A DNA stretch of 64,000 nucleotides, from assembly GCA_030141605.1 (NCBI GenBank), contig JAQGDQ010000858.1, positions 23,151 to 87,150 on the forward strand, read 5' to 3'. A program made the position numbers and the translations under genes. Positions 51,452 through 61,291 of this stretch are shown here, in pieces; position 1 is the first letter of the stretch, and every line of letters begins with the position of its first letter. The notes under the pieces are model-generated. The model saw nothing but the letters and a program-made list of their open reading frames with translations. It did not search any database and was not told where the DNA came from. The stretch is from Tubiluchus corallicola. Lineage: Eukaryota > Animalia > Priapulida.

Positions 51452-51829
51452 ATGAAAACTAAGATTATCTTACTCGTACTATTTATCTCTACTACAGGGA
51501 TATCAGCATTTTCGCAGCCAAATAGTAGAAACAGCAGTAAAAGTAACAACTTTTCGCCCGAAGATATGGCAGCAAACCAGACAAAAATGATGAAAGAGGT
51601 AATTGAAATGGACAACGAAACAGAAAAAAATGTCTACGATATAAACCTCGTATTTGCCCAGGAAATGATTACTGTACGCTCTAAAACCGACTCCCGCGAA
51701 GAAATGAGGGACAAAATGAAAGAGGCGCAGGCCAAAAAGAATGATGAGCTGGGGAATGTGCTCACAAAAGAGCAGTTCGACACCTATCTGGAATATGAAA
51801 AAGAAAAAAGAAAAAAGAGACGAAAATAA
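51452..51829 (+). CDS. Small secreted helical hypothetical protein (Spy/DUF4890-like)
   Basis: Signal peptide ending AFSQ; PE.MA..QT..M, LT.EQ..Y motif; probable start ATG 51452. Confidence 0.65.
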   Translation: MKTKIILLVLFISTTGISAFSQPNSRNSSKSNNFSPEDMAANQTKMMKEVIEMDNETEKNVYDINLVFAQEMITVRSKTDSREEMRDKMKEAQAKKNDELGNVLTKEQFDTYLEYEKEKRKKRRK

Positions 51830-51858
51830 CCGGGATTACCCAGGATATAGCATACAGC

Positions 51859-51989
51859 GAGCCCTTTGCAAAGCGAACGACTTTGATTTAGACTAAGGAA
51901 AACTCTATGAAGAAACCGCACCTCACTATTGTAAACGAGGGCTTTGAAGAGGATCTTCACAAAAACACTAATGAATTTGCAAAGCTCTC
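51859..51989 (+). repeat. Dispersed long-hairpin element, full-length diverged copy
   Basis: GAGCCCTTTGCAAAG ... AAACCGCACCTCACTATTGTAAACGAGGGCTTTGAAGAGG ... TTTGCAAAGCTCTC. Confidence 0.8.
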
Positions 51990-52199
51990 ACTATGGCAAA
52001 TACCCTCTTATTAAGGAAGAGTTATAAACATAATCGGTACGCTTCTTATATTTTTTTTAATTTTAACGGTGAAATACTCGTATTGTTATCACAAATATAC
52101 GCTTTAAGTAGCTTATAATTAGACTTATAGCGAAATACGTATCAAAGTATAATCTATTTGACAAACATAAATTATTTTCAAAAATTAAATTTTAGAATT

Positions 52200-52685
52200 A
52201 TGAGAAGTATCTGTCTTGGCATTATAGCCACACTCTTTGCATCAGCTTCATTAAATGCCCAAGTCCACAAAGAGGAAATCGAATACCTCCAATCCATTTT
52301 CGGAATGGAAAAGAAAACCATAGTTGCAAAGTTTATACAACTTGAAGGAGAAGCAGAAGCCTCCTTTTGGACTTTATATGATAAATATGAAACCGAGAGG
52401 AAACAATTAGGCCAAAAACGTATTGAGCTGCTGGGCATATATGTCAAAAACTACGACAGCCTTACAGATGATAAAATTGACAAGCTCGTATCTAATATGA
52501 TAAAGCAGAATAAAGCCCTTAACAAGCTCGTTGGAAGCTACTATAAAAAAATTAAAAAGTCCCTGGGCTCTAAGCCGGCAGCGCAATTTATTCAATTAGA
52601 AAGTTACTTTGGAAGTATTATCCGTTTAAATATCATGGAAAACATTCCAGTACTTGGAGAGCTGGAGATAACTAATGATGATTAA
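52200..52685 (+). CDS. Secreted helical hypothetical protein
   Basis: Signal peptide ending LNAQ; FW.LYD.YE..R and A.QF.Q.E.Y pattern; probable start ATG 52200. Confidence 0.7.
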   Translation: MRSICLGIIATLFASASLNAQVHKEEIEYLQSIFGMEKKTIVAKFIQLEGEAEASFWTLYDKYETERKQLGQKRIELLGIYVKNYDSLTDDKIDKLVSNMIKQNKALNKLVGSYYKKIKKSLGSKPAAQFIQLESYFGSIIRLNIMENIPVLGELEITNDD

Positions 52686-52705
52686 CTTCGGATAACAACT
52701 TAATT

Positions 52706-52745
52706 AAAAACGGTTTGTTAGTGCATACTTCAAACCGTTTTTTTT
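52706..52745 (+). terminator. Intrinsic terminator
   Basis: AAAAACGGTTTG-loop-CAAACCG followed by T8, 20 nt after the stop codon. Confidence 0.8.
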
Positions 52746-53305
52746 GCTATATAGCCACTCCTTAAACTAAACTTAGCACATTTAACATTAACAGTATAGA
52801 ACTACAGACTTAACAAATTGTAGTGACCTAAACCGCAAGAATTATTGCAGCTTCCGTGCAAAAACCTTGCAGATTATGATATAAAAATCGTCAAGTCAAA
52901 ATCAGGTGAACCTTACAGACTCTGCGAAACAAAGAATGCTGTCCTTAAAAGGCTTTGATAGAGCGAAAAAATCTTCTCACTGTCTGAGTCTTTTATCAAA
53001 AAGCGGGTTTTGAGAAGATTGCGAAACTGTCAGCATAGTTTTTCATCAAAAGCATTTACACGCTCAGTTCTTTGCCTCTTTTGCACCAAGACAAAAGAGT
53101 GTAAAGAAAACCCTCTACACAACTACTTCAAAAACAACTGTATAATCGTCAAAACAAATGGTGCACTTTTTTTAAGGCTTCGGAGGACTTTTACTGTATC
53201 CCAGATCAAAATATACAGATAGTAAGTTTTTATCTCAATAAGAACTAACCCTTAAGGAGTGACCAAACATATTAACCCACCTAAGAATTAAGCCTATAAT
53301 ACACC

Positions 53306-53334
53306 AATAAAAAGATGAGTCTTACAAAGGTCTC
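53306..53334 (+). repeat. Right-end fragment of the hairpin element
   Basis: AATAAAAAGATGAGTCTTACAAAGGTCTC. Confidence 0.7.
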
Positions 53335-53546
53335 AAAACTTAATAATCACCCTCATCATTTCAGAACAAGTTTAAAAAAAATCTGCGCAGCGCACTCTAA
53401 ACACGATATCTGCATTACATTAAAATCTCACTCTCTTACAGTTTCCACTGCTCTTAACTTTAATCAAATTCATATTGAATTATTAATTAAAATAAGTATC
53501 TTAGTGGTTGAATAGTTTTTAAATGTTTGGATTAGTTTTAAAGGGG

Positions 53547-53587
53547 AAAATAGAGTTGCTGGATTAATTCAGTAATTCTATTTTTTT
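53547..53587 (+). terminator. Terminator-like hairpin within the predicted fusA2 leader
   Basis: TAGAGTTGCTGGA-TTAA-TTCAGTAATTCTA followed by T7; three G-U pairs make it specific to the + strand. Confidence 0.6.
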
Positions 53588-53654
53588 AATAAATTAAAAG
53601 GAATAAATCCAACTGTAACCAAACAATTTTTTACCATTAAAATATGCTACCAAA

Positions 53655-55811
53655 ATGAAAGTATACCAGACCAGTGAGATCCGAAATATTGCGCTGCTAG
53701 GCAATGCCGGATCAGGGAAAACCACCCTTGCAGAAGCAATGCTCTACGAAGGTGGCGTTATAAGCCGAAGAGGTGATGTTGACAGCAAAAATACCGCATC
53801 CGACTACCACCAGGTAGAACACGACTATGGCAACTCAGTACATCCAACTGTTTTATACACGGAATTTAACAACAAAAAGTTGAACATCATTGATGTCCCC
53901 GGCATGGATGATTTTGTCGGAGCACTTGTACCTGCGCTGAATGTTACCGCAACCGGAGTACTTGTTTTTAACAGTGTAAATGGAGTAGAGGTGGGAACAG
54001 AAATTGCAAATCGCAACTCAAAAAAATTTAACACCCCCTTTATCTTTGCAATGAACCACCTTGACCATGAAAATACAAACTGGAATAATACTATAGACTC
54101 AGCTCATGCCACCTTTGGCAATAAGCTTGCGGTAGTCCAGTATCCCGTGAATCCGGGCATTGGGTTCAACCAGGTGGTTGATGTGCTGAAAATGAAAATG
54201 TACAAATGGGGACCGGAAGGAGGCAAACCTGAGGTGTTGGATATACCGGAGTCAGAAAAGGCACGCGCAGATGAAATGCACAATAAGTTGGTAGAAACAG
54301 CTGCCGAAAATGATGAAGGGCTAATGGAGCTATACTTTGACAAGGGCTCCTTAACGGAAGATGAAATGCGTAAAGGGCTTAAACTTGGCATGCTATCACG
54401 CAGCTTATTCCCTGTTTTCTGTATTTGTGCCACCCGCGATATGGGCATTCGCAGATTGATGGAATTTATTTGTAATGTTGCTCCTCATCCGGGAGAGCTG
54501 GCTCCACGTAAAACCGTTGACGGGAAAGAGGTGAAAATGGATGCCAACGGACCAACATCCCTATTTATCTTCAAAACATCAATAGAACAGCATATCGGAG
54601 AAATAACATACTTTAAGGTTATGTCAGGGAAAGTATCAGAAGGGATGGACCTCATCAATGCTACAAAAAACTCCAAAGAGCGAATCTCGCAACTCTATGC
54701 TGTAGCCGGGAAAAACCGCACTAAGGTTGCAGAAATGGTAGCCGGAGATATTGGCTCCACTGTAAAACTGAAAGATGTAAGGCACAACCACACCCTTTCT
54801 GATAAAGATGCAAAAATAGAATTCCCTGCACTACAGTTTCCCGAACCACGCTATCGCACCGCCGTCAGGGCAGTCAGCGAGGCCAATGAGGAAAAAATGA
54901 GTGAATACCTACAACGATTGGCGGAAGAAGATCCTACATATATAGTTGAATACTCCAAAGAGTTAAAGCAGGTGATAGTACATGGGCAGGGAGAGTACCA
55001 CCTAAATACCTTAAAGTGGTACTTTACTAATGTGTTCAACTTAGATATCGAATTTCTTGCACCCAAAATACCCTATAGAGAAACCATTACCAGGCAGGCA
55101 CAGGCTGACTACCGCCATAAGAAGCAGAGCGGTGGTGCAGGGCAGTTTGGTGAAGTACACATGATCATAGAACCTTACAAAAAGGGGATGCCCGCCCCTT
55201 CCCTGTTCAAGCTGAATGGCAAAGAAATAAAAGTAAGCCTCAGAGGCACAGAGGAGTGCCCGCTGTCGTGGGGCGGTAAATTGGTGTTTTGCAACTGTAT
55301 AGTGGGAGGCTCTATAGATGCCCGCTTTCACCCGGCAATTCTAAAGGGTGTTATGGAAAAAATGGAAGAAGGCCCTCTCACAGGCTCATACGCGCGTGAT
55401 ATAAGAATATGTATCTATGACGGGAAAATGCACCCTGTAGACTCTAATGAAATATCATTCAGACTTGCAGGGCGAAATGCATTTAGTGCTGCATTTAAAA
55501 ACGCAGGCCCTAAGATCCTTGAACCAATATATGACATAGAGGTGCTTGTTCCGTCAGACCGCATGGGAGACGTAATGGGGGACCTGCAGGGACGCCGGGC
55601 AATAATTATGGGAATGAGCTCTGAAAAAGGATTTGAAAAAATATCCGCTAAAGTACCGCTAAAGGAGATGGATAAATACTCAACTTCACTTAGCTCTCTA
55701 ACACAAGGACGGGCTATATTCTCAATGAAATTCTCAAACTATGAGAAAGTTCCCGCTGAAATACAGGAAGAGCTTCTGGTTGCTTACGAAAAAGAAGAGG
55801 TAGAGGTATAA
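53655..55811 (+). CDS. fusA2: Elongation factor G paralog EF-G2
   Basis: GNAGSGKTT; DVPGMDDF and NHLD instead of DTPGH and NKMD; HKKQSGGAGQFG; domain IV insertion; G.MH.VDS. Confidence 0.9.
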   Translation: MKVYQTSEIRNIALLGNAGSGKTTLAEAMLYEGGVISRRGDVDSKNTASDYHQVEHDYGNSVHPTVLYTEFNNKKLNIIDVPGMDDFVGALVPALNVTATGVLVFNSVNGVEVGTEIANRNSKKFNTPFIFAMNHLDHENTNWNNTIDSAHATFGNKLAVVQYPVNPGIGFNQVVDVLKMKMYKWGPEGGKPEVLDIPESEKARADEMHNKLVETAAENDEGLMELYFDKGSLTEDEMRKGLKLGMLSRSLFPVFCICATRDMGIRRLMEFICNVAPHPGELAPRKTVDGKEVKMDANGPTSLFIFKTSIEQHIGEITYFKVMSGKVSEGMDLINATKNSKERISQLYAVAGKNRTKVAEMVAGDIGSTVKLKDVRHNHTLSDKDAKIEFPALQFPEPRYRTAVRAVSEANEEKMSEYLQRLAEEDPTYIVEYSKELKQVIVHGQGEYHLNTLKWYFTNVFNLDIEFLAPKIPYRETITRQAQADYRHKKQSGGAGQFGEVHMIIEPYKKGMPAPSLFKLNGKEIKVSLRGTEECPLSWGGKLVFCNCIVGGSIDARFHPAILKGVMEKMEEGPLTGSYARDIRICIYDGKMHPVDSNEISFRLAGRNAFSAAFKNAGPKILEPIYDIEVLVPSDRMGDVMGDLQGRRAIIMGMSSEKGFEKISAKVPLKEMDKYSTSLSSLTQGRAIFSMKFSNYEKVPAEIQEELLVAYEKEEVEV

Positions 55812-55843
55812 AGTTGAATATATACCGGTGAAAATAGATAAAA

Positions 55844-55877
55844 AAGGGAGTGCTGCTTTGGTGTGCAGTACTCCCTT
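55844..55877 (+). terminator. Hairpin between the convergent fusA2 and T9SS-substrate genes
   Basis: AAGGGAGTGCTGC / GCAGTACTCCCTT stem with a preceding A-run; possibly bidirectional. Confidence 0.7.
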
Positions 55878-55964
55878 CTGCTTCTTAACAACATCTTCAA
55901 TGTGGCGCGCCAGGCTTTACATCAACTATACAGACATAATATCTGCCCTCACGATGCAGAGCCC

Positions 55965-57254
55965 TCACCTTATCAAATGCACAAAACCCCGTTTTTGTCT
56001 TCGCTTTTCATCATCCCGCCCTACCGCATCTACAACATAAAAATAAACCCCTGCCGAAGCAAACTTCCCTCCTATCCTGCCATCCCAAATCGCCATGTCG
56101 ACATTACCCGGCAGATAACCACTCTTCTGAAAATGGTGAACCTTTCTCCCCCATCTGTTGAATATTTGAAAATTAAGCGACTTTAGCGAGCGAGTTTTTA
56201 TTACCAGCATATCATTTATCCCATCTCCATTAGGAGTAAAGACGGGTGGTACAACAACAAGCGATGTATCTATTACTATATAATCTTTCAAATAAACTGT
56301 ATCCGCACATACTCCCTCCTCACTCTCCTTTTTCGCAATCATTTTTACCATGTACCTGCCTGAATTCTCATAAACATACCTCCCCTCATAAATTATCGCC
56401 ATTATTGAATCCGGCTGGATACCTGAAGCTCCCTCCTCCTCTATCTTATTCATATCTCTAAAAATATGCCACTCGTACTCATCAGCATTCTCCGACTCAT
56501 TTTCAAATAATACCTCAAGAGGAGCCTCAGGAAGCGGATACGCAGGGTCAAGCTCCTGCTCGTGATGCCATGAAAACTTTGCTTCCGGAACAATCGAGTA
56601 GTAGGTTACATTAACAGAACTGCTGCACCCGCTACGCTCCGATACCTCTAAAGTATATATTGTCTCTCTTGGCGGAGGCGAATATACACGAACATTTTGG
56701 CCGGATATGCTACTCCCTCCTCCACTCCACTCATATTTGAGATTTGGCGCTAAAATGATAGGCACAAGCGAAGAGATATCATAATATGTTAGCACTGCAC
56801 TTTCAGCACTCCCGGACAACTCAAAATATTCACAGGTCGACTCGGACACCTCTCCCGCAACCAGATCAACCCAACTATTAAAAACCCAAGCCCTAAAGAG
56901 GTAGTCATTCCCTCCCTCATTAAAACTCACACGATAACATCCGTCAGGTATACTATTTAATGATGATACGGTACCAGAATCAGTAAAATCAGGCTCAAAA
57001 TTACCACTTACCTCATTATACTTTTCCCATGTAAAGTTTACACTCCCCCCTCCCGACATAGCCGTAAGAGAAGCGCTGTTATGCCCTTTCTGACCACAGA
57101 AGTAGTAAATAGGATCATTTTCAGGATGATCGGGATATAATGTAAGCTCCGAATAGCTGGCGCCCGGAGCTGTTAGCTGCTGAGCCGAGACACTCAAAAA
57201 AGCAGATAGGACTACCAGGGTGCAGTATACTTCTAAACAGCCTCTCTTTAGCAT
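55965..57254 (-). CDS. Secreted protein with PKD-like region and gliding-motility-associated (T9SS type B) C-terminal domain
   Basis: C-terminal P.VFTPNGDG.ND, IFNRWG, WDG, G.YFY, GFVHLIR; signal peptide ending VSAQ; probable start ATG 57254. Confidence 0.88.
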   Translation of the reverse strand: MLKRGCLEVYCTLVVLSAFLSVSAQQLTAPGASYSELTLYPDHPENDPIYYFCGQKGHNSASLTAMSGGGSVNFTWEKYNEVSGNFEPDFTDSGTVSSLNSIPDGCYRVSFNEGGNDYLFRAWVFNSWVDLVAGEVSESTCEYFELSGSAESAVLTYYDISSLVPIILAPNLKYEWSGGGSSISGQNVRVYSPPPRETIYTLEVSERSGCSSSVNVTYYSIVPEAKFSWHHEQELDPAYPLPEAPLEVLFENESENADEYEWHIFRDMNKIEEEGASGIQPDSIMAIIYEGRYVYENSGRYMVKMIAKKESEEGVCADTVYLKDYIVIDTSLVVVPPVFTPNGDGINDMLVIKTRSLKSLNFQIFNRWGRKVHHFQKSGYLPGNVDMAIWDGRIGGKFASAGVYFYVVDAVGRDDEKRRQKRGFVHLIR

Positions 57255-57373
57255 GGCAATAGTTTGTTTCTTTTGTATTACAAACATACAAGTATACAAA
57301 TTTATATAAACAGGTTACATCAAAATATGCTTATATAAAATTAACTCCTATGCAACTTACAGCTAAAAAGTGT

Positions 57374-57514
57374 GACACCTTTGCAGGGCAAAAGAATTTG
57401 ATTAAAATCGAAGAAAAACTCGATGATAAGCCGCAGTTTACTAATGTTAAATAAGGGTTCTGAAGAAGATTTTGACGAGAACATTAGTAAAAAGATAAGT
57501 TTTGCAAAAGCCTC
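57374..57514 (+). repeat. Dispersed long-hairpin element, full-length copy
   Basis: GACACCTTTGCAGG ... AAGCCGCAGTTTACTAATGTTAAATAAGGGTT ... AAAAAGATAAGTTTTGCAAAAGCCTC; closest by eye to 29070-29206. Confidence 0.85.
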
Positions 57515-57652
57515 ACAGTTTTTATAACGTGGCCTGTATGTAAAAACAGTAGCTCTCAAAGCTTTCACACTATGCCCCTCCGCACAGATAATCCTGTTTT
57601 TTGAAAGTGTAAAAATCCCTACCTTAGCCTCCTTAATTTTAATAAAAATGCG

Positions 57653-59980
57653 GTGCAAAACTATCTCGACAACTTGAATGAGGCACAGAGGAAGGCTGTA
57701 ATAAATACAGATGGGCCATCGTTGGTTATAGCCGGTGCAGGATCAGGTAAAACAAGAGTGCTAACATACAGAATTGCTCGCCTAATAGAAAAAGGGGTGC
57801 CCCCTTCATCTATTCTGGCACTTACTTTTACCAATAAAGCTGCCCGCGAAATGAAAGAGCGAATTGCCTCTGTTGTTGGAGATATGGCGCGCTATTTATG
57901 GGCAGGTACTTTTCACTCTATCTCTTCCAGGATCTTAAGAGCAGAATCAGACATTATAAAATACCCCTCTTCGTTCACAATTTACGACACCCAAGATTCA
58001 AAAAGCTTGATCAAGACCATTATAAACAATATGAACCTGGATATCAAGCTCTATGAGCCCAACAAAGTCTACAACAGAATATCATCTGCAAAAAATGACT
58101 TGTTGACTCCAGAGACCTATAGCGAATACAGCTCCATTATGGATCGCGACAAAGCCAGTCGTATGCCCCATATAAATAGAATATATAAAGCCTACTCAGC
58201 TCAGTGTAAAAACTCGGGGGCTATGGATTTTGATGACCTGCTGTTAATCATAAACATCCTATTTCGCGACCACCCCAACATATTGAAAAAATATAGTGAG
58301 CGGTTTAAATATATTCTGGTAGATGAATATCAGGATACAAATATTGCACAATGCCTGCTAGTGAAAAAGCTTGCAAGTCAAAATAAAAATATATGCGTGG
58401 TAGGTGATGATGCTCAAAGCATATACTCCTTCAGAGGGGCAAAAATTGAAAACATACTAAGTTTCAGCCGTGACTACCCTGAACTGCAAACATACAAGCT
58501 GGAACAGAACTACCGCTCAACGCAAACTATTGTAAATGCTGCTAACAGCCTTATTGTCAGAAATAAAAATCAAATTTTCAAAACAGTATTCAGCAAAAAT
58601 GATAAAGGCAATAAAATAAAGGTGTTGGGAGCCCTGACAGACAATGAAGAAGGATACCTAGTTGTCAATGAGCTTATTAGCAAGAGGGCGCAGTACAACT
58701 ATATGTTTTCTGACTTTGCTATACTATATCGTACTAATGCTCAATCAAGAGTATTTGAAGAGGTCTTAAGAAAGCAAAATATCCCCTATAAACTCTATGG
58801 AGGCCTGTCGTTCTATCAGCGTAAAGAGGTAAAAGATGTATTGGCATATTACCGCCTTCTTTTTAACCCTTCTGACGATGAAGCATTAAAAAGAGTTATT
58901 AACTACCCTACCAGAGGCATTGGAGCAACATCGTTGGGTAAACTTGTAGCCTCAGCAATAAAGGGAGGCTGTAGTATCTGGGATATCGCTTCAGGCGAAG
59001 AAAGCAGGCACATGGCAGGACTAAACAACAGCTCTTCTTTAAAGGTACAAGGCTTTTGCGACATGATGTCCGAGCTATCCAGCTTTGCACAAACAGCCGA
59101 TGCCTATGATGCTGCTATGAAGGCGGTATCTGAAACAGGTATTATAAGCGCACTAACCAAAGATGTATCATCAGAGGGAGTTGCCCGATACGAAAACGTA
59201 CAAGAACTACTAAACGCAATCAGGGAATTTTCTGTTTCTGCAAAAGAGGAAGGAAGCCCGCGTCTGCTTTCCAACTTTATTGAAGATGTAGCTCTGTTAA
59301 CTGACCAGGATAGCGACAAAGAGGAAAACACCGATAAAGTTACATTAATGACCGTTCACTCTTCAAAAGGACTGGAGTTTAAAAATATTTTTGTGGTGGG
59401 GCTGGAAGAGAACCTGTTCCCATCATCATATCGTGAAAACACAATAACCATCAACGAGCTGGAAGAGGAGCGCAGACTCTTTTACGTCGCAATCACACGA
59501 GCGGCAGAAAATGCATGTATCTCATTTGCAAAACAGCGCTACCGGTGGGGAAAGCTCGCATTTTGTAACCCCAGTAGGTTTATAGGCGAAATAGATCCGC
59601 AGTTTCTGGACATAAAAGGGCTTGATGTATCAAATACGCCGGATATCGGACAAAGATTTAACACATCAACAGCTACCACAAGTCGACCCAAATATTTTTC
59701 GAAAAAAACAGCCTTAATCAGCTCCAGCAGCCGCCTTAGCCAAAACCAGCTACATAGTGCTGGCGTTAAAAAACACACCAGCGATCCTGATTTTAAGGGG
59801 GATGACATCGAACTGATACAACCTGGGGTATTTGTTGAACACCAGCGCTTTGGCAAAGGCAAGGTTATAAGTACAGAAGGGAAAATGCCCAATAAAAAAA
59901 CAAAAGTACTTTTTACTAATGTCGGAGAAAAACAGTTGCTGTTAAAGTTTGCAAAACTAAAAGTTATAGAAGCACCGTAA
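57653..59980 (+). CDS. uvrD: ATP-dependent DNA helicase UvrD/PcrA
   Basis: AGAGSGKT, TFTNKAA.EM, VDEYQDTN, VGDDAQSIYSFRGA, LEQNYRST, YRTNAQSR, KGLEF, EEERRLFYVA.TRA, C-terminal H..FG.G Tudor-like domain. Confidence 0.95.
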   Translation: MQNYLDNLNEAQRKAVINTDGPSLVIAGAGSGKTRVLTYRIARLIEKGVPPSSILALTFTNKAAREMKERIASVVGDMARYLWAGTFHSISSRILRAESDIIKYPSSFTIYDTQDSKSLIKTIINNMNLDIKLYEPNKVYNRISSAKNDLLTPETYSEYSSIMDRDKASRMPHINRIYKAYSAQCKNSGAMDFDDLLLIINILFRDHPNILKKYSERFKYILVDEYQDTNIAQCLLVKKLASQNKNICVVGDDAQSIYSFRGAKIENILSFSRDYPELQTYKLEQNYRSTQTIVNAANSLIVRNKNQIFKTVFSKNDKGNKIKVLGALTDNEEGYLVVNELISKRAQYNYMFSDFAILYRTNAQSRVFEEVLRKQNIPYKLYGGLSFYQRKEVKDVLAYYRLLFNPSDDEALKRVINYPTRGIGATSLGKLVASAIKGGCSIWDIASGEESRHMAGLNNSSSLKVQGFCDMMSELSSFAQTADAYDAAMKAVSETGIISALTKDVSSEGVARYENVQELLNAIREFSVSAKEEGSPRLLSNFIEDVALLTDQDSDKEENTDKVTLMTVHSSKGLEFKNIFVVGLEENLFPSSYRENTITINELEEERRLFYVAITRAAENACISFAKQRYRWGKLAFCNPSRFIGEIDPQFLDIKGLDVSNTPDIGQRFNTSTATTSRPKYFSKKTALISSSSRLSQNQLHSAGVKKHTSDPDFKGDDIELIQPGVFVEHQRFGKGKVISTEGKMPNKKTKVLFTNVGEKQLLLKFAKLKVIEAP

Positions 59981-60089
59981 ATAGACTGCTCACTATGACC
60001 TGATTGTTAAATTTCCATAACATTAGCTATATTGTCATACTATTATGATATTTAATGCGTAAAATAATTTCATGATAAACACAAATGAC

Positions 60090-60097
60090 TATTTTTG
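60090..60097 (+). promoter_or_regulatory. -7 promoter element (TATTTTTG) for lpxD
   Basis: TAnnTTTG match 31 nt upstream of the ATG. Confidence 0.6.
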
Positions 60098-60128
60098 CAG
60101 TTAATTTATGAACTTAAATCATTAATGA

Positions 60129-61169
60129 ATGGAATTTTCAGCCGACCAAATTGCTCAACTAGTTGGGGGAGAAATTGATGGAGATAGTAGTATCAAAATG
60201 GATGGCATCACAAAAATTGAAGGAGGAGCAGTTGGTTCTTTGGCTTTCTTGTCCAATCCTGCATACGAAAAGCATATATACGACACTAAAGCTTCTGTGG
60301 TACTTGTTAATAAGGACTTTGTACCGGAGAAAAAATTATCCTGCACACTAATCCGCGTTGATGATGCGCGTGTAGCCCTGATAACAATTTTACGCTACTA
60401 CGAACAATTGAGGCATCCCAAAAAGAAGCCGGGAGTAGAGCAGCCCTCCTTTATAAGCACATCCGCCTCTATTGGAGAAGATGTGTACATTGGGGCATTT
60501 ACATATATTGGGGAGAATGCATCTATAGGTAGTAATGTTGAAATACATCCCCATGCATATATTGGCGACAACGTAAAAGTAGGAGATAGCACAGTAATAC
60601 ACTCAGGAGTAAAAGTATATGCTGACTGTAACATTGGGAAGTCCTGTATACTGCACTCAGGGGCTGTTATTGGGGCTGATGGGTTCGGCTTCATCCAGGA
60701 CAATGACGGAGTATCAATTAAAATACCTCAAATTGGAAATGTTGTGCTGGAAGATTTTGTTGAAATAGGGGCAAACAGCACTATTGACTGTGCAACTATG
60801 GGTTCGACCACAATAAAAGAGGGAGTGAAACTTGATAACTTAGTACATATTGCTCATAACGCCAAGATAGGAAACCATACAGTAATTGCAGCCCAGTCTG
60901 GTATTGCAGGATCTAGTGAAGTGGGGCGTAAATGTTTCTTTGGAGGACAGGTTGGAGTTGTTGGGCACATTACTGTTGGAGACGATGTGAAAGTAGGAGC
61001 TAAAACAGGGGTGATATCAAATAAGGAAAGCGGATCAGTACTGTTTGGTACTCCTGCTATCAATCATCGTGCTTTTATGAAGTCATACTCCATTTTCCGC
61101 AACCTTCCTAAGTTTTATGACGGATTGATTGAAGTTGAAAGAATAGCGAAGAAAACTAAGGGAAAATGA
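60129..61169 (+). CDS. lpxD: UDP-3-O-acylglucosamine N-acyltransferase
   Basis: FLSNP.Y, hexapeptide repeats, G.DGFGF, KIPQIG, IGAN.TID, K.DN.V.IAHN. Confidence 0.95.
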   Translation: MEFSADQIAQLVGGEIDGDSSIKMDGITKIEGGAVGSLAFLSNPAYEKHIYDTKASVVLVNKDFVPEKKLSCTLIRVDDARVALITILRYYEQLRHPKKKPGVEQPSFISTSASIGEDVYIGAFTYIGENASIGSNVEIHPHAYIGDNVKVGDSTVIHSGVKVYADCNIGKSCILHSGAVIGADGFGFIQDNDGVSIKIPQIGNVVLEDFVEIGANSTIDCATMGSTTIKEGVKLDNLVHIAHNAKIGNHTVIAAQSGIAGSSEVGRKCFFGGQVGVVGHITVGDDVKVGAKTGVISNKESGSVLFGTPAINHRAFMKSYSIFRNLPKFYDGLIEVERIAKKTKGK

Positions 61170-61291
61170 TCTTTTTTGATTTTCATCATCTTAAAACATA
61201 CCTTTATAATTTTATAGCATGAAACATGCGTACTAAGTGCCTATATTTCATGTTTTTGTATAGTTAATTTAAAAATATTGTTCTGGTTTCA

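Noticed and set aside
52775-52810. Possible dif site (minus-strand TAATGTTAAAT resembles a XerD arm); similar weak matches near 15236 and 62760
   Set aside because: No plausible XerC arm at the right spacing; expected by chance in AT-rich DNA
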